The notes beneath the pieces are model-generated. The model was not told where the DNA came from and did no database searches. It worked only from the letters and a program-made list of their open reading frames with translations. From Raillietiella orientalis (taxonomy: Eukaryota): a DNA stretch of 64,000 nt. The DNA is taken from NCBI GenBank assembly GCA_036172245.1, contig JAYWIR010000026.1, positions 1,860,001 to 1,924,000 of the forward strand, read 5' to 3'. The position numbers were made by a program, and so were the translations under genes. Shown here piece after piece: positions 52,301 through 61,800 of the stretch (positions are counted from its first letter, which is position 1; each line of letters starts with the position of its first letter).

Positions 52301-55300
52301 CATTTTCCTGGGGAAGGAAAATGGGAAGGTCACAGACGCGAGGTGGTCCATTTGTGTCGGGAATCCAAAGCAAGTCAACTGAGACCTCCCCTACTTCGTG
52401 ACTCCTCACGGTGGGGTCCGGCCAAAGAGGGCAGGGAAAGGGTAGCGGTAGGAAGAGGAGGAGGAGGGAAAGGGGGCGGAGGGGGGTCTGTGTCTTCTTT
52501 TGCCCACCCAGTGGTCAGCAGAGTATGGAGCGAGGTTGACGCCGACCAGACACGTCATCCCAGAGGAGGAAATGCTGGAGGAGGATCGGTACGATCCTCG
52601 AAAAGGGGCCTCACCCCACCCACCTGCTTCTCGTTTCCTTTCGCTCCAGCCTTCTCAGGAGAGACCTCTCGGAGTCAGGTTTCCCCTTTTTCTGTGGGGC
52701 GGGGCGATGGAGGGAGCGAGGGGGGAAGGTGCCAAGGCAGCGAGTCCGAGAAGCCTCGAGGATTCTGGGAGGCCCTCTCGCGGACCCAACTCCTCCGGGA
52801 AGCGTGAGATCAGGTGGGAGAAAGAGAAGCCGGCCTGAGGGGGGACAGCGGCTTCGCGGAAATCCGCCCATGCCGTGCTCGGGATAGGTGCGGGAAGAGG
52901 GGATAAGGAAAAAGGAAGTTCCCTCTTCCTCCGCCCTGTGCGGAACCGAAAAGGAATGCAGTGTATCCAGGGAAAATGGTGGAGGGCCCCGAGTCCGGGA
53001 ACGCGAGAAAGGAGCTCCAGGGACCCCGTGTGTGCCTGCTGGCATCGGTTTCGGGGGCGCACTAGCTCGCCCTGCGGGTCCGAGAGGGAGCACTTGATTC
53101 CCAGGGGTTCATCCCTGATGCTCGCTGCCCACGGTTGGCCTGAGAGAGCCGCCGGCGGAACTGCCGGCTCCCTCTGCCGGATATCCCTCGGAAACGAGGA
53201 GAAAGAGAGCTGCGCGCATCAGAACAGGAACCTGGGAGCCTACGTCTGAGCTTTTCGGGCCTGGAGCGAGGAGGAAGTCTCTCCTCTCCCCTACGCCCCC
53301 TCCGTCCTTGGAGACCATCCTCCCTCTGACTTAACGCCAGTGGAGCGTGCGGAGCAAAAAGGGGCGGCACCTTTTCGCGCAGCTCCTCCGTCCTCCCTTC
53401 CCTTGGACGAGTCGAAGGAAGGGAAGGGAGAAAGGCAGCCCTCGCCTGCTAAGGTCAGGGTCGCCTTCCGCTCCCTACCTTGAGGGTGAGCATTCCTCTC
53501 TTGTCCCTTCTCCCTTTGCGTCCCCCCTCCCCTTCATTGGCCTGCCAGACCACCCACCACCCATGAAGGTCCTGTAATGCTGCTTCGTTAGAGCCTCTGA
53601 GAGATGTGGTCGATCCCCGCTGGTCGCTGGAATTCCGCAGAGAGGGATCAAGGGTCCCTCCGGCGAAGAAAAGGCTCCTAAGGGGTAGATCTCCCTTTGA
53701 CCGGTCCAGAGCGACGTGTTAGCGTGCGGCTCCAGGTCTCGAGAGGGAACAAGGGTCAAGGGTGAGATTTCGGTCATGCACTCAAGACCTGAACCCCCTT
53801 CTCTGGTCTTCCCCCTTCCTCCCACCCGGACACGCCTCACGACCCGAGCAGCGACCCACGGCGCAGTCCAGACCGAGGAACCCTGGGCTGCGGATCAAGG
53901 AACGCCCAGGGGCGCGGTGTAGCTGGGCGAACGGAGAGCACCGTCTCCGGGACCCTACGAACTTCCGGGAGGGACTTTCCTTCCTTTGCGGGGAGGGCAG
54001 GCCCCTTTCAGCAAAGAAAGGAGAAAGAAGGGATCGGGAAGAGCTCCGGCCTCTGGTAGGCCACCGAGGGAGGAAACGACCCCGCTGCGGGACAAGGAAA
54101 GCACGAGGAAGGAACATGGACCTTCCTTTCCCTGGAAGGAAGGAGGATCCCCCCAAAAAAGAAGCGAATTTGGCGAGCTCGTCGTGTTTTCCGGGAAGCC
54201 CCCCGGCTCCGCCCTAGCCTGCAGTGGGCGCGTGAACTGGAAGCAGAGTCAAAGGTGAAGCGCACCGGCGGCTCTTTTTGAAACAGGTCGCGGGGCGGAT
54301 CACGGAACGGAGGGACCTGGATTGTCCCCCCTCCATCCCCACCATTCCCCTTCCCTTTTCTTTTTTATCTGCTCCTCGGGAGTGTCCCCGCCCGCCGATG
54401 TTTCCCGGGCGGTGCCGACGCTTGCCGACCCATATCGCTAACGCGCGCTCATGCTTCCCGTCCCCTTCCCTTAGGCATGCGCAATCCCACCCAGACCCAC
54501 TCCGAGGCGGAGGCAGCCGGCTTTGAGAACCACCACTCGTGTACCCGCGGGCTTTCCCTCCTCCCGCTGCCCTTCCAGGGGGAGGAAAGACGGCGGGAGG
54601 CGACCGGCGCGCTCGCCGGGCGAATGGAACAGGAGGGGAAGGGAGGAGCGAAGGCGAGGGAGGACGAGTCCTCGCTCGCTCCTTGACCTCCTGGGCTACC
54701 CGGAAAGCGGTCCGGGAACGATAGAGATTCTGCAGCCGACCCTTCCCTATATCCCTGCTCCGTCCGGTTCAGCGCCTCCAGAGGCGGACGGATGTGGCTC
54801 GGAGAGGGGCAGGGGAGGATCCCCGGTCCCCCTCCTCTCCCTCGCACCCTTCAGCCACTGCGCCTCCTGGAGACGGACGAGGGGCATCATCATGGCAGAC
54901 GGGCCCTCGCGGCGAGCGGGAGAGGGAAAGATCTCCGGAAAGACCCGCTTCATGGCGCATCCGGGAGTGCCCTGCCCCTGGACGCGCTCGGGAACGACCG
55001 CGATCGACGATTCCCGTGCCTCCCGGAATTACTGATCCCCGATTCGAGTACTCCGGGAAAAGGGGGGATTCGCTCCTTGCAAATGGACGGGTAGGAGGTG
55101 TGGGGAGGAAGGGAACGCCGGGAAGCGGATCCGCCGCCCGTATCCTCGCGCGGAAGCGAGGAGCGGTCACGTGACCGCCGTCCTGGGGATGCGGGAGGGA
55201 AGAAGGGAGAGGGCGAGAGGGGGAGCGGCTCGGGAAACGCGGCGCGCGCACACGTCCCGGAGCTTCCTCGTCCTCCCTCGTGTTCTTTCCCGGATGCCCC

Positions 55301-58300
55301 TCTCCAGAAGCTCTTCAAAAATGCACCCCTCCCTTGCCCGGACGCCCTATTCCTCGCCGCATCCCTCCGGATTCAACAATTCGATTCTTCTCCTCCCCCC
55401 ACCCCCCCTTCCCCTTCTTTCCCGCTCTTGCCCATTGTGTCCCTCAGGAGCGCGCCGCATCCCCGGCCTTCTTTCATCCCGCCCGTTTATCGCGCCTCTT
55501 TGTGCTTCGCGGAATCGCCTGTCATCCCGGTAATCAGGGCTTTTAATTGGCCTGGACCCCTGCAGAGGGAGCCGCTGGCGTCGCTCCCGAGGTTGTTTCG
55601 TACGGGGCAGCGCCAGTGCATCCCCTTTTCCAGGGAGTGACAATGGGAGGGGAAGGGGAAGGAACGTGCGAGAAGACCCGGAGAGGGCCTTCCAAGCAGC
55701 CTGAGCTCAACGGGTGCGCTGCGCTTCGCCTTTCGCTGCGACTCCCCTCACGCCGCGAGAGCGAGAGAGCGCCTTCTGAATCCTAGCCGTTGCCAGGCAA
55801 CCATCCTCCCTCTCCTCACCCCTCCCCTGCGGAAAGAGAGGGGAGATGTCGCAGTCCCTCCAGCCATCGCGCGTCCCGCAGTGGCATTGCTCTCTTCCTC
55901 CCTTCCCTGACCCCTCCCTCCCGCGTCGCGCCCCCATGCTCCCTTTCGCCTCTGTCCTTGACTCTCCCCGCCAACTGAAGGAGGCAAGGGGTGAGGTAAT
56001 GGTCCCGTGGCACTGTGGTGACCCTCCTCCTCGGCAGCATCGCCGCGGACACTCCCTGAACGGCAGCACCGACAGAGGGGTGGGCCGCGCCATCTCTGGC
56101 TCCTTGGCCTCAGCTTCCGCAGCCTCGAGGCTCCCCTCGCGGCTCCGAGGGACCGGCCGGCGAGGAAGGTGGCGCGCGCGCACAGTGGGAAGCTGCACCC
56201 CAACGACGACGACGGCGACTCTGGGTCCGAAAGACCCTGTTTTGCTCCTGTCCCTCGGAGAAGTGACCGGGGGGAGGAGGAGGTCTTGTCCTATGGACAC
56301 CCGTCCACGCCTGTCCGTCAACCACCCTCCGCAAAGGGGGGAGGAAGGAGGGGGCGCCCTTGCTGCGTTCCAGGTTCCCCCCTGCCCCTCTCCGGCTCCT
56401 TCCGCGCGTGTCTCCCCCCGCGTCCGCGAGAGCGCGCATGGTCCCGAAAAATCACTGCCGCCACCTTTGGGATCCCGTGTGGGAGTCGCGACGACGTCCC
56501 GCTGTCAATCAAACAGGACAGTGTCCAGGAGCGCCGCCAGAAATCTTCTGATTGCACCTCCCGCGAGTGGCCGTTCTTCGGGGCGTTCGGTTGGGCAGCG
56601 GCGGCGGTACGAGAAGGCGGTTTCCGAGACAACCTCCAGGGAGGTAGAAAATAGAAACGGATGTTTTCCTCGGAAGGAGTGACGTCCAGTCTACCGAAGC
56701 ATCGGCTACCCGACAGCTCCGTGCCCGATGGGGAAGGAGGAAGGGGAGGGGAAGCATCAACCTTCCCTTCCTCTCTTCCCCTGCCGCTCGCACGTCCCTT
56801 CCCTCCGCGCCTTCCCGCAGAGGACTCAACTGAGCGGTCCCTCCCCCGGGTCGCGGCCGCCGAGTGCTAGGATGCCTGCTTTCCGGGGGACCTGACCGAC
56901 CGGTCCTGACCTTAGAGCGCCACCTATTCGCACGTAACGTCGCACTCACCGCGCGCGCCCTTCCACCTCCTCCCCGGTCCACTCCCTTTCCGACGACGGC
57001 AGGTTCCCAGGAACGGTCAGCGAGGAGACCACCCTCGCACCACCACCTCTCTCGCCCGGCTGAGTCGCCCGGAGATGGAGAAAGGGTGGGGCGGAGGCGC
57101 TGCCCGGCACCGCAGCGTCCGCTCCGCCGGAGCGCCCTCGAAGCTGGGGAGCGGGAGCGAAGAATAGAAGCGCCCGGAATCCGTTGGTAACCCCCTTCCA
57201 CCCTTTCCACTCCCTCTACCCTTTCCACGGCTGCACCCGCCAATCAGGGAAGGCCACCTCCCGTCCTTCCCTCCCCCCCCCCTTCTCCCCTCTCCCTCCC
57301 CCTTCCGTTCTCCCGGGAAGCAGCGGCGGCTCCTCTCTCCCACGAAAGCGGGGAGATATAGGAGAAAGGAGGAGGAACGACCGGGTACCCTCTCCCGGAA
57401 CCCTCGAGCGCCCCGGAAGCGTGGCTCCCGTCTCCAGAGATCGCGGGAAAACAAATCGAGGGCAGCAATTAAATGGAAATTAATTACGCGGGAACCCCTT
57501 CCTGTGGCAGGGGAGAGCTGTGAGGAGGAAGACGGACGGGAGAGCGAGGCGGCTCCTCGCCGTGGGGATGTCAGCGAAGAGCTTTTTCGCCCACGGCGGC
57601 GGACTCCGAAGAAGCTCTCGCATGGTCCCCGGTTAGAGAGGCAGCGGGGGAGGGGAGAAGGGGGCTCGGGAAGCCCCCTGCGAGAACCCCAGGACCACGC
57701 TCCCAGGGCGGGAATCCACTTGAAGGATGACCAACTCCCAGGAAGAACGAGGGACTCCCCCTCCCTCCCTCGTGCTCGAGCCCACCGCGCGGAGAAGGGG
57801 AGGAGAGAAACATTCCTTCCCCTTTCTCCCCTCGTCGCCCCTTCCGGGTTTCGAAGGACGATGAGGGTCCCTGCGGCGGCCCTCCTGGCCGCCAACCATT
57901 TTGATCGACAGTGGGATATCACCGCGAGTCCCGCGCGGGATCCCGATGTTGGAGGCAGTGATTTTTCGGGACCACGGACGCGGGGGAAGGCACGCGCGGA
58001 AGGAGCCGGCATGGGGCAGGGAGGAAACCGGGAATGCGGCTCGAGGGTGCCCCCACTCTTTCCCCTTTCCTTTGCAGAGTGGGACTGATGGACAGGAGCG
58101 AGCGTACGGGGAGGAAAAAGGAAGAGGAGAGAGAAGATAAAGGAGGGGAAGGAGGAGAAAATCGTTTCGCAGCATCCACCTGGACCGTCTCGGAGTATCC
58201 CGGCGCTCGCCTCAGAAACGGAGGGGGGGGGGAGTTCGATCGGCTGGATGGCAACGAAACCGGGAGAATACACGACGGCCACCAGCGAGACAGGAAGGAG

Positions 58301-58650
58301 GATCAAGGATGGGAAGGGAAGGGAGGAGTACGGGGAAGTAGCCCCAACCTCGCACGTGGCTCTTCTCCAAGTGGGTCGGAAGTGGCGCCTCTGGCTGTCC
58401 TGCATGGAACGATGACTCCACGAGACGGAGTCCACATCCGGCGGCAGCGGAGGGGCACGGAAAGTGGGGGGGAGAGGAGGGGGAAGGGGTAGCAGCACCC
58501 CTCCCTCCCGTGTCGCCCTCCCGGAAAAAGCGTCTCACTCGGCCCGCACTTACCGTCACTCGGGAATCCACCGGATCCCGGGCTCCGGAACGCGAAGGCG
58601 AGGAAGAGGCACGCGGCGACGGTCCTTCCCGCGGGAGGCGCCCCGGGCAT
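13131..58650 (-). CDS. Sidestep-family / nephrin-like IgSF cell-adhesion protein (signal peptide, 5 Ig, FN3, TM, cytoplasmic tail), 14 coding exons, about 833 aa
   Basis: 14 exons with mutually compatible phases, 2502 nt in total (listed separately below). Family hallmarks: LPC..LVLWYR..YSWD.RG..HW..YRCRVDF..SPTR in Ig1, GSRPPARITWWK, EGDDVYFEC, DYGQLLCWAANALG..PC.F, FN3 with GYDGGLPQTF, TM helix, NPDVIP, C-terminal ESSV. The exact paralogue cannot be assigned without a search. Confidence 0.9.
13560..13672 (-). CDS. Sidestep-like exon 13 (cytoplasmic)
   Basis: CTCTCTTGCAG acceptor; DLGSSGKAPNPTSYEAYATNVAPASQAFPSAAQGNHVW; GTGAGT donor; phases fit both neighbours. Confidence 0.65.
14311..14565 (-). 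CDS. Sidestep-like exon 12 (transmembrane helix and NPDVIP motif)
   Basis: GPVEKTSLFSMLTVLVISVASVFVFLFLVSVVVMRTGKRR..KEDNPDVIPRLS; TTTCAG acceptor. The 3' boundary assumes a GC donor (CAG|GCAAGC). Confidence 0.85.
16774..17070 (-). CDS. Sidestep-like exon 11 (fibronectin type III)
   Basis: GKPEPLTSCHITNKSSSSIVIACASGYDGGLPQTFVMEVYD..LFAANSKGRSD; G|GTACTG donor. Confidence 0.92.
20469..20762 (-). CDS. Sidestep-like exon 10 (Ig5)
   Basis: YRPTCVSNETALHAVSKSEEAAVTCQVDSRPEVRSFRWVFNSS..DMDYGQLLCWAANALGQQETPCTFQVSRA; G|GTGAGT donor. Confidence 0.93.
22054..22213 (-). CDS. Sidestep-like exon 9 (Ig4, C-half)
   Basis: GNVLTQDLASGVIVSNHTLVLQRISRSRSGAYQCSAANEKGRGQSNRIDLSVK; T|GTGAGT donor. Confidence 0.92.
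22391..22521 (-). CDS. Sidestep-like exon 8 (Ig4, N-half)
   Basis: YAPEVRLTLGHPLRPDGVQEGDDVYFECKVVSNPWMHELGWNYE; GTGAGA donor. Confidence 0.92.
24594..24738 (-). CDS. Sidestep-like exon 7 (Ig3, C-half)
   Basis: VSSDGNASTSTLRITFSSQDDGRFLRCRGENPKMTNATVEEAVPLVVQ; TAG acceptor, T|GTGAGC donor. Confidence 0.9.
28500..30060 (+). mobile_element. Decayed, 5'-truncated non-LTR retrotransposon (L1/Tx1-like) ORF2 C-terminus plus 3' UTR
   Basis: ORF 29060-29767 contains KWQESALMLLHWDLPCNVRR..PNCAKCGEREALPHLLVDC..LW, the zf-RVT-type CxxC..E..H..C motif of L1/Tx1 ORF2. Frameshifts around it; T-rich 3' tract (about 29890-29940); AATAAA at about 30055. The 5' boundary is uncertain. Confidence 0.75.
30166..30241 (-). 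pseudogene. tRNA-like relic (tRNA pseudogene or tRNA-derived SINE head)
   Basis: Minus strand CGGCCTCGAAGCCCGGCGTTGGCTGAGGCCTCCGCGCGTGGCATCACAAGTCGCAGGTTCGAATCCCGCCCGGTCG: 76 nt, B box GGTTCGAATCC in a near-intact T-arm, A-box-like segment, partial acceptor stem, broken anticodon stem. Confidence 0.5.
35358..35509 (-). CDS. Sidestep-like exon 6 (Ig3, N-half)
   Basis: FAPLGIEILQPRSTLSAGRRYSFTCRVTGSRPPARITWWKANTPLAEHVEL; phase 1 to phase 0, GTAACT donor. Confidence 0.9.
37289..37312. repeat. (GCC)8 microsatellite
   Basis: Read directly. Confidence 0.9.
38870..39090. repeat. Decayed tetranucleotide (TCTA/TCTG/CCTA-like) satellite tract
   Basis: Repeated CTATCTG, TCTATCT, CCTACCTA and TCTGTCTG units with 4-nt periodicity. 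Confidence 0.7.
40471..40674 (-). CDS. Sidestep-like exon 5 (Ig2, C-half)
   Basis: GDPRPEVTWWKSEALIDATYEVKQDGTVVNELHLKRLSREDARSRLLCQASNTNLTSSSYREVVLEMN; T|GTAAGT donor. This frame is not in the supplied ORF track. Confidence 0.92.
46799..46909 (-). CDS. Sidestep-like exon 4 (Ig2, N-half)
   Basis: VPPEKPRIFDETRNEVFSVVGPLREEDSLRLTCAVSG; TTTTCAG acceptor, G|GTGAGC donor. Confidence 0.9.
47967..48172 (-). CDS. Sidestep-like exon 3 (Ig1, C-half)
   Basis: SWDTRGVRFEAAKHW..DEGLYRCRVDFQLSPTRISRIYLKVI; G|GTAAGC donor. Confidence 0.92.
50504..50527. repeat. (GCC)8 microsatellite
   Basis: Read directly. Confidence 0.9.
51783..51915 (-). CDS. Sidestep-like exon 2 (Ig1, N-half)
   Basis: ESITSVLGIVGQSVTLPCDVVPPSPNELADLVLWYRESLKTPFY; CAG acceptor, AG|GTGAGT donor. 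Confidence 0.9.
56310..58096. repeat. Long imperfect inverted repeat (arms about 56310-56540 and 57870-58096)
   Basis: The left arm and the reverse complement of the right arm align throughout, including identical blocks CCGGCTCCTTCCGCGCGTG and TGGTCCCGAAAAATCACTGCC; one 12-nt indel. Confidence 0.9.
58554..58650 (-). CDS. Sidestep-like gene, first coding exon (signal peptide)
   Basis: GCCGCCATG context; MPGAPPAGRTVAACLFLAFAFRSPGSGGFPSD; phase-1 donor G|GTAAGT matches the next exon. An acceptor-like TTCTTTCATCCCCAG just upstream (AG at 58674-58675) suggests a 5' UTR intron. Confidence 0.72.
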
Positions 58651-58847
58651 GGCGGCACTCGTCCGTGAAGGAGCTGGGGATGAAAGAACGTTCAGCTCAG
58701 GAGCGCCCGCGCAGGGAGTGGGGGAGCCAGGGACACCGCCGCCGGTCTTCTGGTTTCATCTCCCGCGCGGGGCGGTCCTTCTTCGGGACGTTCGGCGGGA
58801 AAGGGAGAGGGGGAGCGGCAGCAGGGGGGGGGGGAAGAGGAAGGTAC

Positions 58848-58880
58848 GAAGAAGAAGAGGAGGAGGAGGAGGAGGAGGAG
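58848..58880. repeat. (GAA)/(GAG)n microsatellite upstream of the Sidestep-like start codon
   Basis: Read directly. Confidence 0.9.
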
Positions 58881-61800
58881 GTTTCCGGGGCAACCGTCAA
58901 GAAGGGAGCATTGCGGGCGTTCCCCTCGGAAGGGACGACGTCGCGAATCGTTCGGAAACGTTCTCGCCGTCCCGCTGCACGCCCGCTCGGGAAAAGCACG
59001 TCCTTCCCGAGGACGAGGGATTCCGGGAAAAACACGACTGGCATCCGGGGATTCCGACTTATGCGAGGCCCTGCGAGGCGGCGCGCGCGCGTGCGCGGCA
59101 GCGGCTTCCGCCGCAGCGACCGCAGCGGCAGTGCGCCATCCTCCGCTCCCTCCTCCGTTCCTTTCCGTTCCCTCTGTTGATGCCGGTGCTCAGGACGGCC
59201 TCTTCCCGGCCCCTCGCTGAGAGCAGAAGAAACCTCCCTCCCTCTCGCCCGTGCCGGACAGAGGCGCCCACCGCCGCTGGAAGACGAGCAGGAACAGCAG
59301 CTGCTGCCTCGCTGAGCTCGGCTGGGCTGTGCCACTCCTCCTGGTGTCAGCATGGGGTAAGGAGGAGGAGGAATGAGGGAAGGAACTGCTTACCTCCCTC
59401 GTCACCAGGGCGTGGATGAGGCCACTTTGATCGAGGTCTCCACGCGGGGTCCTTCCCGACCTCTTTCCACTCTACCACCCAAAAGAATCGGAGCATCCCG
59501 GCCACGGAGTGCGCCCATACATCTCGCACTGCGGGGAGACCAAGGCACCACCCTGCGTCGGGTCCAGGAAGCCACGCGGAAAAACAAGATCGCACGCTGT
59601 CCCGCGTCCTCCATCCTCTGGCCAACCTATCGTGCGACCTCCCTGTCCCCCAGTGCCATCTTCTGTTTCCAAGGCAACGCGCACCACTCTGGAACGCTAG
59701 TAACTAACCGGAGCGGAGACGCGAATCGGGGACGGAGGTTGAGCGCTGTCCATTGGCGGAAGCTGGCTGGCGGTGACAGCTCCACCATCTCCGCTGTGGA
59801 GCTTCGGAAGGAGGGGGGGCTGAAAGGAGGAGGGGGAGGAAAGCAGGCCTTCTTTCCTCCCTGTTCGGGGAGTTCCCTCCCAGGATGTGGAGGACGGCAG
59901 GCATGTCACCCTGGCAACGCGATCGGAAACAGCCGTTGCATCGCTCGTCCCCTTCGTGGCAGCCCGCAGGTCCCAAAGTCCCGACCTCGTAAGGGATCGC
60001 CGCTGCCGTGGGGGGGAGGAAAACACTGCACTGCTGCCCACAGGAAGGAGGGAACCCCATTTAGAGATCGCGGCACCTCGCCGCTGCATTCACCTTTGGG
60101 CCTGTGGGCAAAGGAAGAGGGGAGTCGGTGACCACCAGCCGGACGCTGGAGAAAAAGGGAAGCCCAGGGGAAGCGCCAACTCGCAGTACTCGGGGACAAG
60201 CGAAAGGAGGCGAAGGGGCGAGGAACGCTCGGGACGAGGGCGAGGGGAGGAGCAGCGCCCTGCTCCATGCAGCAGCCTCTCAGGAAAGAACGAGCAGGGA
60301 AACAGGGAAGTTGGCGCTAGCGGAGGACCCATCGCTGCTCCTTCCGGGAGAGCAACGTCCGCGACGCCCGTGAGGAAGCTGCTGCTGCAGGAGGGATCCC
60401 CGCGCGCTCCTGTCAACGCGGGGGTGGCGCCAGGGGGCACCCGCTTCGATGGCAGAGACGAGCGGGAGGTGGACCACCAGAGAGTGATGGTGAGAGAGAG
60501 GGCAGCGAGTCCGTCCCTCCCCCCCCCCTTCCCTTCAGCTGTCGTTCCGCCGCCGCCACGCTGAGGTGAGCCGCCGCCTCTCCCGGACGGAGCGCCGACG
60601 GCTCCTCCTCCTTCCCCTTTCCCGTGCTGACTCCTTCCCCTCCTCCCCTCTTCCCTGCTCCGGCGTCCTTTTCCGTGTCTTTCGGGTTCCCGCCCGACCC
60701 CGAAAGACGCCCGGCATCGACGATGACGACGGCTCTCCCGCGGCAGGCGAGGGTTCCGTAAGGCCTGCGGCCACTCAACGCACGCGCCAGAGGTCTCCGG
60801 CTGCCGGAGATGGATCCGGGCACGTGCCAATGCAGCGCGGGAGCCCGCCGGAGGAGGGCGACTCGATCGCTCGCCGTCGAAGGGAGATGCCAGGGAGTCT
60901 CCAGCGGCTTCCGCCGCGGAGGGTCGGGGCGCGCGAGCCTCCTCTGCCCCGCCTCCCGTGCCCCCTTCACCCTTCGGTTTCCAGGAACGCGCGGGAGGCA
61001 GGCTGAAGGCGCCCGTACTGCGCCTGAGCATGCCAAGGGTGGGAGGAGTGGACGCGCCCGATCCTGCACCCTCTTTGGCAAGCGTCTCCCCCTCTCGTCC
61101 CATCCACCCACCCCTTTCGGAAAGTTCCCGGAGCGCAGGAGAGGCAGACCAGTCGTCCCTCGAGTCGCGTCGGTGATTCTCGCCCTGAGGGTCCCAGAGG
61201 GTAGGAAGGACAGAGCACCACCCATCTTCGAGAAGTGGGCAAGCCACGTGTCGCCTTGTCAGTGGAACCTGGATGCAGTAGGGAGGTCACCGGGAGAGGA
61301 GCTGGCGACTCGACCGAAACGGAGGGAACAGGGACGAGGGAACTGCAGGAAAGGGTCCTTTGGGGGGGACGAAGCCGGAAGTCATCAGCTCCCTAGGGCT
61401 GGAGATAGGATGGGCTTGGATGAGCCTCCCGCAGTTCCCCGCAGGGGGACTACCGCGCTCCTCCCGGAGCAGAGGCCAACCTAAAGGCACTCCATACCGG
61501 ATTTGTCCTGTGCCTCCGGGAGACCCTGCCTGCCGGCCCCACCTCCCAGCGGGAAAGCTCGATGGAAGGCTAACGGGGGGCAGGAAGAAACAAGCCCCGA
61601 ATCCCTCTCTCCTTCCCCGGGCGGGATGACGGGCACCCGCAGACGGAGATCCTCGTCCCACCTGGATTTCTCCGAACCCCCAGAGCAGGCGCCCCTTCGC
61701 GGCTTGCCGCCGCCCAGTAGAGACAGCCCCTCACGGTCCTCTCTCGGAAGTGGCGGCAGTCTCCCTTCCTCCTCCTCCTCCTCCCACCACCGTGGCAGAG

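Noticed and set aside
57191..57228. Two-copy 18-bp tandem repeat considered as a CRISPR-like or minisatellite array
   Set aside because: Only two low-complexity units, no spacers and no cas genes; no CRISPR array anywhere in the window.
57017..58498. 493-aa minus-strand ORF, and similar 200-385 aa ORFs across 10-64 kb
   Set aside because: No recognisable domain; overlapping ORFs in all frames are expected from stop-codon scarcity at high GC.
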